In this document: one piece after another, positions 39,173 through 48,862 of the stretch
Numbering within the stretch: position 1 is the first letter of the stretch
How the letters are laid out: each line of letters begins with the position of its first letter
Origin: an uncultured delta proteobacterium
GTDB lineage: Bacteria > Myxococcota_A > Polyangia > Polyangiales > Polyangiaceae
Direction: 5' to 3'
Assembly (NCBI GenBank): GCA_963696385.1
Contig: CAVOKF010000008.1
Span: forward strand, 704,001-768,000
DNA: 64,000 nucleotides
The notes under the pieces: generated by a model
What the model saw: the letters and a program-made list of their open reading frames with translations, nothing else
Database searches by the model: none
Told to the model about the DNA's origin: nothing
Made by a program: the position numbers and the translations under genes

Positions 39173-39676
39173 ATGCCTTCTCCGGCTCGAACCGCTCCGG
39201 TCGCCCCCATCGTCGTTCGCAAATCACGCATCCAAGGTCGAGGCGTCTTCGCCACGAGGGACATCGCGGAGGGCGAACGCATCGTCGAGTACGTCGGAGC
39301 CCGCATGACGCACGACGAGGCCGACGCGGCGTGCCCGGACGACGAAGCGACGGGGCGACATCACACGTTTCTTTTCGCCGTCGACGACTGCATGTGCATC
39401 GACGGCAGTCGCGACGGAAACGACGCACGGTTCATCAACCACTCGTGCGATCCGAATTGCGACGTCGTCATCGCGCGCCAGCGCGTGTTCGTCCACGCGC
39501 TGCGTGACATCGAGGAGGGCGAGGAGCTGCTCTACGACTACTGGTACATGACCGACGAGAGCTACACGATGGACGACCTGCGGCGCATCTACCCCTGCAA
39601 ATGCGGATCGGACGCGTGTCGTGGGACGCTCGCACGGCCGCCGCGCCCGGCCAAAAAGCGCACGCGCGGCCGATGA
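39173..39676 (+). CDS. SET-domain protein with post-SET Cys motif
   Basis: GRGVFA, EYVG, RFINHSCDPN, EELLYDY, CKCGSDAC. Confidence 0.93.
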   Translation: MPSPARTAPVAPIVVRKSRIQGRGVFATRDIAEGERIVEYVGARMTHDEADAACPDDEATGRHHTFLFAVDDCMCIDGSRDGNDARFINHSCDPNCDVVIARQRVFVHALRDIEEGEELLYDYWYMTDESYTMDDLRRIYPCKCGSDACRGTLARPPRPAKKRTRGR

Positions 39677-39715
39677 CGATTCCGGCGTAGCGCTGAACGC
39701 GATGGCATCGTGCCC

Positions 39716-40663
39716 ATGAAAGCCGCATGGCCCGCCTCACGCACCATCTGGGTGGACGGGGCGCTCATCGCCTGGGACGATGCGCGGGCGAGTGTTCTGT
39801 CTCACTCGATGCAGCGCGGCAGCCTCGTCTTCGACGTAGCCGCTCTGCGCGAAACCGCCGGCGGCGGCATCGCGTGCTTTCGTGCGCGAGACCACGTCGA
39901 TCGATTTCTGCGTTCCGCGGCGCTCATCGGATTGGACGTGCGTTGGGACAAGACGGCGCTTCTTGCGGCGATGGCACGAACGGCTCGCGACAACGGCGTC
40001 TCGACGGCGCTGGTCCGCTGGTCGGCGTTCGTTGCCACCCTCGAGCCCGATGTCGTGCCGCGGGCGACATCGCGTGCGAGCGTCGCCGTCGCGGTGATCA
40101 CGCCGGCCGACGCGGCCGGCCGGGGCGAGCCGATCCATGCGAAAGCGGCCGTCGTCAACGTGGCCATACCGCGCGACAGCCGCAAGGCGGGTCCGGAGGT
40201 CTTGCCTCCGCAAGCGAAGGTGGCCGGGGCGTATCTCGGCTCGATGCTCGCGAAGCGACGTGCCCTGACCTACGGCTACGACGAGGTGGTCCTGCTCGAT
40301 CGCGAAGGCCGGGTGGCGGAGGCGCCGACGGCGAACGTCTTCGCGGTGGTCGGAGGCGTACTCGTCACGCCGCCGACCGAACGCGTGCTTTCCGGGGTCA
40401 CCCGCGCCAGCATCCTCGACCTCGCGCGGACCGAAGGCATCGAGGTCCGTGAAGCCCACATGACCCCGGACGAACTCACGAACGCCGACGAAGCGTTCCT
40501 GACCGCCACATCGCTGCCCGTTCAAGCCATTGGCTCCGTCGACGGTCACGCCATGCGTGCCGGCGCGCCCGGTCCCCTGACGATTCGCCTCAAAGAAGCT
40601 CTGGTGGCCTGCCAGCGGGGCGAGGACACGCGTTTCTCGAAATGGCTCGACCGGGTCGGTTGA
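39716..40663 (+). CDS. Aminotransferase class IV (BCAT-like)
   Basis: IWVDG, AKVAGAY (PLP Lys), EAPTANVF, LSGVTR, ADEAFLT. Confidence 0.88.
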   Translation: MKAAWPASRTIWVDGALIAWDDARASVLSHSMQRGSLVFDVAALRETAGGGIACFRARDHVDRFLRSAALIGLDVRWDKTALLAAMARTARDNGVSTALVRWSAFVATLEPDVVPRATSRASVAVAVITPADAAGRGEPIHAKAAVVNVAIPRDSRKAGPEVLPPQAKVAGAYLGSMLAKRRALTYGYDEVVLLDREGRVAEAPTANVFAVVGGVLVTPPTERVLSGVTRASILDLARTEGIEVREAHMTPDELTNADEAFLTATSLPVQAIGSVDGHAMRAGAPGPLTIRLKEALVACQRGEDTRFSKWLDRVG

Positions 40664-40792
40664 GCGCACAGACCTTCGCGACCCGCGCATCGCACCTGCG
40701 ACCATGGGAGCGGGGTAACGACATCGACCGCGACCGGCGGAAGAGCATAAAGCCCTCATGGTTCGTTTGGATTGGGCAGCCCGTAGCGTAAA

Positions 40793-43700
40793 GTGACAAT
40801 GATGCGTTTCGTATTATCGAACGAGGACATCGCCTTAGATCGTCCTAGGCCATACCCGGCTTTGCGGGCGCTGCTCGTCGGCATTTCGGGTTTGGTCATG
40901 CTGACCGGACCGGCATGCGGGCCGAAGTCGGGCGAGCCGAACGCGGCGTCCATCCAGTCGCCGATCGTAGGGGGCCTTGCGGACCCGAGGGTCGCAACGG
41001 CCGGGCAGATCGTGAACCGGTACACGTCTCTGACCCACGACGCGGCGGTCGGCGCGACGACGATTTCCGTTTTGGACGCCGGCGCACTGATGGCCGCTCC
41101 GGGCGATCTTCTATTCGTCGTACAAATGCAAGGCGCCGAGGTCGAAGGCAGCAATACGAGCGCATTCGGAACGGTCACGGCTCTGAACGGCGCGGGACTA
41201 TTCGAACTCGTCACGCTCGCGAGCGTGAACGGCACCACCCTCACGCTCGCCGCCGGGTGCGGTCTACGCAATGGCTATTCCGCTTCGGCCCATACCCAAG
41301 TCATTTGGGTGCCCCAATACGAATCGCTCTCGGTTTCGGCGTCCGGGTCGATCACCGCTCCGGCCTGGGACGGAACGACCGGTGGAGTGATCGTCATCGA
41401 AGCTCAGAGCGTCACGCTCGGCGGCTCGATCGACGCATCGGAGAAGGGGTTTCGGGGCGGCGCTCTCTCGGATTTCGCCCAAACCCCGCCTACGACCTCG
41501 TTTCAATACCGATCGCCCAATCCGCCGGACGGAGCCGAAAAGGGCGAGAGCATCGCCGGATACGAAGCCGACTATGACGCGCCCGCGATCGGGGGGCGGT
41601 ACAGCCTTGGCGCCATAGCCAACGGCGGCGGTGGCGGCGCGGCGCACAACGGAGGCGGGGGCGGCGGCGCCAACGGCAACGACGGAAATGGCTGGTCGGG
41701 GTTGGGCGTGATGCCCGCGACCGTCCCCGGTGCGAGCGCGTGGTTGCTCGACCCCGGCGCGGAGACCGACGCGGGTCTGGCGCACTCGTCGGGAGGCGGC
41801 CGCGGAGGATACAGCTTCAGCGAGAACGCCGAGGACCCGAACCGCGTCGCCCCCGGCGACGTGCGCTGGGGCGGCGACAATCGCCAGCTTCGGGGAGGCC
41901 TGGGTGGCCGGCCGCTCGCCAACGACGCGATGGCTCGACTGTTTCTCGGCGGCGGAGGTGGAGCCGGCAACGAGAACAACGGTTCGGGAGGCGCCGGCGC
42001 TCCCGGCGGCGGAATCGTGTACCTCATCGCCGGCGCCGTCAGCGGCAACGGGACGCTCCACGCCGACGGGGCTCCGGGCGCAAGCACGCCGAACGGCAAC
42101 GGCCTCGGCAACGATGCGCCGGGCGGCGGCGGCGGCGGCGGAAGCATCGTCGTCGCGGCTCCCTCGCTCGGAGCGGTGACCGCGACCGCGAACGGCGGCG
42201 CAGGCGGCAATCAATACATCGAGGGCTTCGGCAACGAAGCCGAAGGGCCCGGAGGAGGAGGAGGAGGGGGCTTCATTTCCGTCCCGACCGGCGCCGCGAC
42301 GACTCCAGCCGGCGGAGCCGGCGGAACGACCAACTCGCCGGCCCTCGCGAAGTTCCCGCGCAATGGCGCGACCGACGGTGCGGGCGGCACGCTTTCACCG
42401 CTCGGATCTTCGGTCGTGCCCCCGATGTGCATCGCCGCCGACCTTTCCGTCGCGATGAGCGACGGAGGTGGAACCGTCACGGCCGGGACGAACGTGGCGT
42501 TCACCATCACCGTCACGAACAACGGACCGAATCCCGTCGCCGGCGCGACGCTCGCCGACCCGTTCGGAGCCGCGTTCACCGGCGAGACTTGGACGTGCGC
42601 CGGCGCAGGCTGCCCTGCCGCGACGGGCGTGGGCAATCTGTCCGCGACGCTCGGACTGCTTGCACCCGGAGCGCAGGCGACGTTCACGGTCGTCGCCTCG
42701 GTATCGCCCGGCGCCACGGGGGTGCTGTCGAACACGGCAACGGTCGGCGCCCCCCCGGCGTCGTCGACGGTGTTCCCGGCAACAACACCGTGACGGTGAC
42801 GAACGCGTTGAACGCCGTCGCGGATGTCGGCGTCGCGCTCACCAGCGCCCCGCCGAGCGTCGCGGTCGGCGCGTCCTACAGCTACACGGTCAACGTGCAA
42901 AACTCCGGACCGAGTGCGGCATCGCAAATCCTCGCCACGCTCACGGTCCCCCAAGGCGCCACGCTCGGACCCATCCCGCCGTCGGACGCGGCGGGCGGAT
43001 GGACCTGCACCGTTGCAGCGGTCGGCCAGACCGTCACGTGCGTCCGTACGACACTCGCGCCGGGAGCGAACGTGCCCCTCACCTTCGACGTCACCGCGCC
43101 CTCGGATCCCGGTACCGCGACCGCGACCGCTACGGCATCCTCGGCGACCGATGATCCGACGGCGGCCAACAACACGGCAAGCTTGGTCATCCAAATCCTC
43201 TGTGTCCACGATGCGGACTGCGGCCCGAACGACTCGTGCACCGCGGCCGGCACGTGCGCACCGAATCCGGGCGGAGGCACGGCAGACGCCGGATCGGGCG
43301 ACGCTTCGGCCGACTCGGACGCTGCGTCGGATGGCGCCGCCGAGACTGCCGATGGCGGCGGTGGCCGAACGGACGGCGAAAGCGGCGTAGAGGCCGGCGG
43401 ATCGACCCTCGACGGATCGACCCTCGACGGATCGACCCTCGACGGATCGACCCTCGACGGATCGACCCTCGACGGATCGGCCCTCGACGGATCGGCCCTG
43501 GACGAACAGGAGGCCGCCGCCGCGACCGACACGGGCCTCTCGCCGAGCCCCAGCGAGACCGGCGATTCCGAGTCGGAGACGACCGATACGGGACGACTCG
43601 AAGGAGGCGGCATCTCGTGCAGCGCTGCGGCCGCTCCGCGCCGTGCCGGTGGCCCGCGCGGACTGTTCGCCGCGTTCGCGCTCATCGGTTTGTGGGCCGA

Positions 43701-43824
43701 GCGACGGCGCCGCGCCGCGCGTCAAGGTCGCGACATCGCGTCGGTCCACGGACGAACTGCCGGCGCGACGACCGCGACCGCGACCGCGACCCATCCTCGA
43801 CCGCAAGCGGCGCACCCGCTCTAG
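40793..43824 (+). CDS. AgmC-like Gly-rich surface protein with DUF11-type Ig domains and MYXO-CTERM-like tail (frameshift at C7 42750-42756)
   Basis: VNRYT, GDLLFVVQMQG, AWDGTTGG, GFRGG, Gly-rich runs; ADLSV..FTITVTNNGP and ADVGV..YTVNVQNSGP domains; GGGISCS + hydrophobic + RRRR end. Frames of ORFs 40793 and 41740 join at the C tract. Confidence 0.8.
43399..43503 (+). repeat. Coding 15-bp tandem repeat x7 (GSTLD/GSALD)
   Basis: GGATCGACCCTCGAC x5 plus two variant copies. Confidence 0.95.
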
Positions 43825-44339
43825 GGGGTCGGGCAGTATGCGGTGAAGCCGCCAGCGGGCGTCTCGACGCAGACCGCGATACACGACAGAAGTGGGTCGA
43901 TCGCGGCAAGGATGCACGGGCAGTCCGGTTCGTTGGCGCAGGCGCCCGGCATCGCCTGACAACCGATCTCGAGGCCCGATCGGCCTGCGACGGGACCGCA
44001 GCTTCCCGAGAATGGCGTAGCCCCTGTGCCCCCTCCGAAGCAGTACGTTCCCGACGCGCATGCGCACTGCGCACAGACCGCGAGCATGGCCGACGTGCCC
44101 GACGAGTAGCTCCCGTACGGCGCATCGACCTGCCCGAAAGGCGAATCTTCGCTGTAGGGGGCGTCTTGCATCGGGGACGGCGGAGCGAGTGACGCTTCGA
44201 CGTCCACGATCAGATCGTCGCCTTGGCCGATCGGCTTCGTGGTCCCATTGCAGGCGCAGACCAGAACCAAGACGGCCATGCCCGACCGCGCTACGGGGCG
44301 TGAATCGCTGGAGATCGGCCGCGCGGCGCGGATCGTCAT
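43821..44339 (-). CDS. Cys-rich lipoprotein
   Basis: VLVLVCAC lipobox; multiple Cys in the C-terminal half. Confidence 0.65.
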   Translation of the reverse strand: MTIRAARPISSDSRPVARSGMAVLVLVCACNGTTKPIGQGDDLIVDVEASLAPPSPMQDAPYSEDSPFGQVDAPYGSYSSGTSAMLAVCAQCACASGTYCFGGGTGATPFSGSCGPVAGRSGLEIGCQAMPGACANEPDCPCILAAIDPLLSCIAVCVETPAGGFTAYCPTP

Positions 44340-44440
44340 CGTGACCACGAGCGGCCGGTGCCCATCGAACATTACGCTAGCATTCCGCCCGCACGCGTGG
44401 ACGGCTCGCAGACGGCGACTACCCTCGCATCAACGCACAC

Positions 44441-45019
44441 ATGGCCGCCATTCGCCGCGCTTTGCCGGCCGAGGGGAATTCGAGTGGCGCCGATCCGGCG
44501 CACGGCGGGCGCCGCCCGCCGCCCCGCATCCAGCGAACCGCCGTCGTCGCGCTCGTGCCGGCGGCCATCGCCACCGCGATCGCTCTGGTCGGGCTTCGTC
44601 TTCGCTTTCAGCCGCCGACGGTCGCGACCTACGTCGGCGCGGACTCGAGCGGAAACGAAGTGGCGCTGCTGCCCGGGGGTCACTTCGAAGTCACCGTTCG
44701 CCCCGCCGAGCGGATCGAGGGAGCCGTCGGCGCTCGCGGATTTCTGCTTCGAGGCGATGACGTACGCCCGTGGGACCCGCCATTCACCGTCTCGCAGGAT
44801 GGCGCCGTGCGCATCTCGGGCCCGGTCGACACGCTGTTTGCGGGCGTGCCGCCGGGTCCATGGCAAGTCGCCGTCGCGGTAGGCCGGCCCGAGGTCCTTC
44901 CAACCGCACCGAACGACGTCCTCGGTGCCCGAGGCAACGGGCCAAGGCCCGCGGGCTGGCATCTGGTGATCGAGCGGGTTCGGCTCATCCCGAACGATGC
45001 CGGGTCGCCGGACCGATGA
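44441..45019 (+). CDS. Hypothetical membrane-anchored protein
   Basis: N-terminal TM ([19 protein letters not shown]) followed by a beta-rich domain. Confidence 0.65.
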   Translation: MAAIRRALPAEGNSSGADPAHGGRRPPPRIQRTAVVALVPAAIATAIALVGLRLRFQPPTVATYVGADSSGNEVALLPGGHFEVTVRPAERIEGAVGARGFLLRGDDVRPWDPPFTVSQDGAVRISGPVDTLFAGVPPGPWQVAVAVGRPEVLPTAPNDVLGARGNGPRPAGWHLVIERVRLIPNDAGSPDR

Positions 45020-45131
45020 CGGCGCGACGGCCGGAGAAGGATTTCCAGCCGCTTTACGGGCCCCGCGCCGGACCCACCCCACCCAGGGTGTCCCCGCTGG
45101 AGCGCGGTATGCCGCGTGGTATGCCTCGGCC

Positions 45132-46469
45132 ATGATCGGGACGACCGCGAGCCTTCGAACGCGCATGAGCGCCCACGACGCTCATTACGCCGGCGAGCTC
45201 GTCGACGGCGCGCGCATTCTCGCGTTGTTCGGAGATGCGGCAACGGAGCTTCTCATTCGCCTGGACGGCGACGAGGGACTCTTTCGAGCTTACGAATCGG
45301 TGGAGTTCCTGGCGCCAGTCTTCGCCGGCGACTACATCGAGGCGACGGCAGAGCTCGTCGCCATCGGCAACACGAGCCGCCAGATGCGCTTCGAGGCACG
45401 CAAGGTGATCGCGACCGCTCGCGCCAGCTGGGCCGTCGCCGACGGGCCGGCCAATCCCGCTCCCCCGAGCGCGGCGGACGTGCTCAACGACCCCATCGTC
45501 GTCGCCCGCGCCGTCGGAACGTGCGTGGTTCCGAAGGCTCTGCAACGGAGACCCCGAGAGCTTTACCTTCCGGGTCTTCCGGCAGGCCCCGCCCCGACAA
45601 CGGCGGCGGTAACGCCACCGCCGCCGGAATCCGTTTCGGGGACGGAGGTCATCCTCACGGCAGCCATCGTCGGGGCCGAGCTCACGCGTGCGCAGACACC
45701 GCACTTGCCGCTGACCGTGAGCGAGGTGGCGGACGAGGCGGCTCGCTGCCGAGAAGCGGGCGCCGCCATCATCCATCTGCACGTGCGGAGCGACGATGGC
45801 CGCAACACGCAATCCGCAGAGCGCTTTTCGCGCGTCATCGAAGCCATCCGCGGCACATGCGATTGCATCGTCCAAACGTCCACGGGCGGGGCCGTGGGGA
45901 TGTCGATCGACGAGCGCGCGAGCAGTCTCAAGTGCCGGCCCGAGATGGCGACGCTCAACTGCGGCACGATCAACTTCGGCGACGACGTCTTCATCAACAC
46001 CCGGCCGGACATTCGGCTCATGGCGTCCAGGATTCGCGCAGCCGGCGCCGTCCCCGAGCTCGAATGCTACGAAGTCGGCCACGTCGAGGAGGCGCTTTCG
46101 CTTCTCGCGCAGGGCTTGGTGTCGCCGCCGCTTCATTTGCAGTTCGTGCTGGGGGTCAAGGGGGCCATCCCGGCGCGCGAGGACGTCGTGCTATTTCTCC
46201 GATCGCTCGTTCCCCCGGGCGCGACCTGGGGCATCGCCGCGGTCGGGCAATTCCAGCAGCGCTTCACGGAGCTCGGAATGCGGCTTGGCGCCCATGCGCG
46301 CGTAGGGCTCGAGGACAACATCTATTGGTCCAAGGGTGTCCTGGCCGAAGGAAGTGCACCGCTCGTCGCGCGGGCGGCGGCCTATGCTCGATCGATCGGC
46401 CGGGACCCGGTCGACCCCGATCGGGCTCGAACGCTACTGGGTATCCTAGGCCCTCGAGAGACATGGTAG
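45132..46469 (+). CDS. Fusion: 3-aminobutyryl-CoA ammonia-lyase (Kal) + 3-keto-5-aminohexanoate cleavage enzyme (Kce)
   Basis: [26 protein letters not shown]...[21 protein letters not shown]. Pro-rich linker. [34 protein letters not shown]. Confidence 0.88.
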   Translation: MIGTTASLRTRMSAHDAHYAGELVDGARILALFGDAATELLIRLDGDEGLFRAYESVEFLAPVFAGDYIEATAELVAIGNTSRQMRFEARKVIATARASWAVADGPANPAPPSAADVLNDPIVVARAVGTCVVPKALQRRPRELYLPGLPAGPAPTTAAVTPPPPESVSGTEVILTAAIVGAELTRAQTPHLPLTVSEVADEAARCREAGAAIIHLHVRSDDGRNTQSAERFSRVIEAIRGTCDCIVQTSTGGAVGMSIDERASSLKCRPEMATLNCGTINFGDDVFINTRPDIRLMASRIRAAGAVPELECYEVGHVEEALSLLAQGLVSPPLHLQFVLGVKGAIPAREDVVLFLRSLVPPGATWGIAAVGQFQQRFTELGMRLGAHARVGLEDNIYWSKGVLAEGSAPLVARAAAYARSIGRDPVDPDRARTLLGILGPRETW

Positions 46470-47896
46470 CCACACTCACCCTCGTCGCCGACACGATGAC
46501 GCCCGTACGCGCCTACGCGGCGCTGCGGCACGCCGCGGGATCGGCGGCGTCGTTCTTGTTGGAGAGCGTCGTGGGAGGCGAGCGGTGGGGACGCTACTCG
46601 ATTCTCGGGTACCGGCCGAAGCACGAAATGACCCTGCGGGCCGACGGCCGATGGGTCGACGCCCGCGGGTTGCCGATCGAGAACATGTCCGCGCGCGATC
46701 CGCTCGAGGCCGCGCGCTCGGTCTTGCAGGCCAACCCCGTGGATCACGGACTGGAGGGGCCCGCCGCGCGCTTCGCGCAAGCCTACGTCGGGTACCTCGC
46801 GTGGGATCTGGTGCACGCCATCGAAAGGGTGCCCGGTTGGGCAGACCGCGCGACGGCGCCGCTCGCGCGATTCTTCGGCGGCGCGACGATCGTGGTCTTC
46901 GATGCGCTGAGTCACACCGTGACGATCGCCGCCGACGACGCGGCCGACGTCGCGCTCGCACGAACGCACCTCGAGGGGACGGTGACGCTCAATCCCCTGG
47001 CGCTGCCCGACCCTTCGAAGCTTCCGGCGGACGTGCAGGTCGATGTCGACGACGCGGCCTACATGCGCAAAGTCCGCCGCGCCCAGGAGTACATTGCCGC
47101 CGGCGACGCATTCCAGATCGTGCTGGCGCGCACGTTCAAGGTGCCGCGCGGCGGACGCGACCCCTTCGATGTCTATCGAGCGATGCGCGTGCTCAGCCCG
47201 AGCCCGTACATGTACTTTCTCGACCTGCCGCCGGCGCCGGGCGAGCGTGGCCGCACCCAGATTGCGGGCGCGAGCCCGGAGACCATGGTGCACCTCGAAC
47301 AGGGCATCATGACCCTGAGACCGATCGCCGGCACGCTGCCCCGGGGCCAAACGGTCGAGCAGGACACCGCTCGCGAACGCGAGCTTCTCGCCGACCCGAA
47401 GGAGCGTGCCGAGCATGTGATGCTCATCGACCTCGCACGAAACGACGTCGGCCGGGTGGCGGAGGTGGGGTCGGTCCGCGTCGTCCGACAGATGGAGATC
47501 GAGCGTTATTCGCACGTCATGCACATCGTGAGCGAGGTCACCGGACGCATCCCTTCGTCGACTCCACCTCTCGAGATCCTGCGAGCCTCATTCCCCGCAG
47601 GAACCCTGTCGGGTGCACCGAAGGTGCGCGCGATGCAAATCATTCGCGAACTCGAGTCGGGGCCTCGCGGCATCTACGGCGGCGCTATCGGCTACGTCGC
47701 CAAGAGCGGAGACCTCGATTTTGCGATCGCGATCCGGACCGCCGTGTGCCAAGGCGACGCATTTTTCGTTACGGCCGGTGCCGGAATCGTCGAAGGCAGC
47801 GACCCACAACGAGAAGCGGACGAAACCCGGAACAAAGCGAGAGGCGCTCTCTGCGCCATCGAATCGGTTCTTGTTTTGGCTCCCGGATCATCCTGA
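46463..47896 (+). CDS. trpE: Anthranilate synthase component I
   Basis: [66 protein letters not shown]. Confidence 0.93.
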   Translation: MVATLTLVADTMTPVRAYAALRHAAGSAASFLLESVVGGERWGRYSILGYRPKHEMTLRADGRWVDARGLPIENMSARDPLEAARSVLQANPVDHGLEGPAARFAQAYVGYLAWDLVHAIERVPGWADRATAPLARFFGGATIVVFDALSHTVTIAADDAADVALARTHLEGTVTLNPLALPDPSKLPADVQVDVDDAAYMRKVRRAQEYIAAGDAFQIVLARTFKVPRGGRDPFDVYRAMRVLSPSPYMYFLDLPPAPGERGRTQIAGASPETMVHLEQGIMTLRPIAGTLPRGQTVEQDTARERELLADPKERAEHVMLIDLARNDVGRVAEVGSVRVVRQMEIERYSHVMHIVSEVTGRIPSSTPPLEILRASFPAGTLSGAPKVRAMQIIRELESGPRGIYGGAIGYVAKSGDLDFAIAIRTAVCQGDAFFVTAGAGIVEGSDPQREADETRNKARGALCAIESVLVLAPGSS

Positions 47897-47995
47897 GCGC
47901 TTCGCTTGTTGATCCCGAGTCCCGGATCATCCTGAGCGCTTCGCTCCGCCTGTTGATCCCGAGTCCCGGATCATCCTGAGCGCTTCGCTCCGCCT
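47881..47995. repeat. Triple repeat TCCCGGATCATCCTGAGCGCTTCGCT
   Basis: Copies at 47881, 47920 and 47964. The first copy contains the trpE stop. Confidence 0.9.
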
Positions 47996-48018
47996 CGACT
48001 CGCTACGCTCGCTCGGCT

Positions 48019-48170
48019 CCGCTCTCGCCGACCCGGCCCCCTCGACACGTCGAGGGGAGCGCTGCTCCCCTCGAGCGCCCCAGCCGGATTCGGGGCCCCG
48101 CTCTCGCCCACCTGGCCCCCTCGACACGTCGAGGGGAGCGCCGCTCCCCTCGAGCGCCCAGCCGGATTCG
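48019..48170. repeat. Two ~74-bp direct repeats with REP-like palindrome
   Basis: Period 79. TCGAGGGGAGC-GCT/GCC-GCTCCCCTCGA at 48050-48074 and 48129-48153. Confidence 0.9.
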
Positions 48171-48210
48171 AGAAGCTCGGGGCCCGGATCTGCGACTCCG
48201 TATCGCCCCA

Positions 48211-48771
48211 TCAATAAATCCGACCCCCTCGGCGAGCGTACTCGGCGATCACCTCGCGCGCCTCGTCGCGGCGCACGAGCCGCGTCACCGAGACGCCTCG
48301 ATCCTCGAGCACACGCATCCAATCCTCCGGTTTGGGGCCTTCGTCGAAGCCCGCCTCCTCGGCATCGGCGGTCGTGGCACCGCAGCACAGTCGATCGACG
48401 CCGGACCAGAAGATGGCACCGAAGCACTGGCAACACGGTTCGGCGCTCGTCACGAGCGAATGAGCGTCGGCCGATGCCGCGGACAAGCCGCGGCTCTGCT
48501 GCGCCCTCATCAAGGCTAGGATTTCCGCATGGGCGATGGAGAAGCCGCTATCCAAGACCCGGTTGACCGCGGCTGCCACGAGCTCTGGGCCCGCAAACAC
48601 GGCGGCTCCGAACGGTCCGCCCCCGCGCTCCACGTTGTGACGCGCGAGCGCGATGACCAGTGCCATTCGGGCATCGTCCGTCTCGAAGCGACCCGGGAAC
48701 GTGCCGACGACGTCGTCCACCCAACCCGGCACTCGGATGACGAGCAGCGCGTCGGGAGTCGGCTTCACCAA
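48211..48771 (-). CDS. Nucleoside/nucleobase deaminase (CDA fold)
   Basis: GGPFGA, AHAEI, EPCCQC Zn motif, GFDEG. Confidence 0.92.
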   Translation of the reverse strand: MVKPTPDALLVIRVPGWVDDVVGTFPGRFETDDARMALVIALARHNVERGGGPFGAAVFAGPELVAAAVNRVLDSGFSIAHAEILALMRAQQSRGLSAASADAHSLVTSAEPCCQCFGAIFWSGVDRLCCGATTADAEEAGFDEGPKPEDWMRVLEDRGVSVTRLVRRDEAREVIAEYARRGGRIY

Positions 48772-48862
48772 GAAGCACCCGCAAGACGCCCGCGACGGCC
48801 GCCGAACCCGCGCCGGCGGGTCGCCGCCGACGATGCGGCAACGTTGGGAGATAGGACCGAGT

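Noticed and set aside
45116..47896. 926-aa TrpE fusion
   Set aside because: The N-terminal 449 aa are an alternate frame of kal-kce; the true start is 46463
47881..47995. Possible mini-CRISPR (26-bp repeat x3)
   Set aside because: The 13- and 18-bp linkers are near-identical to each other, so it is a tandem duplication
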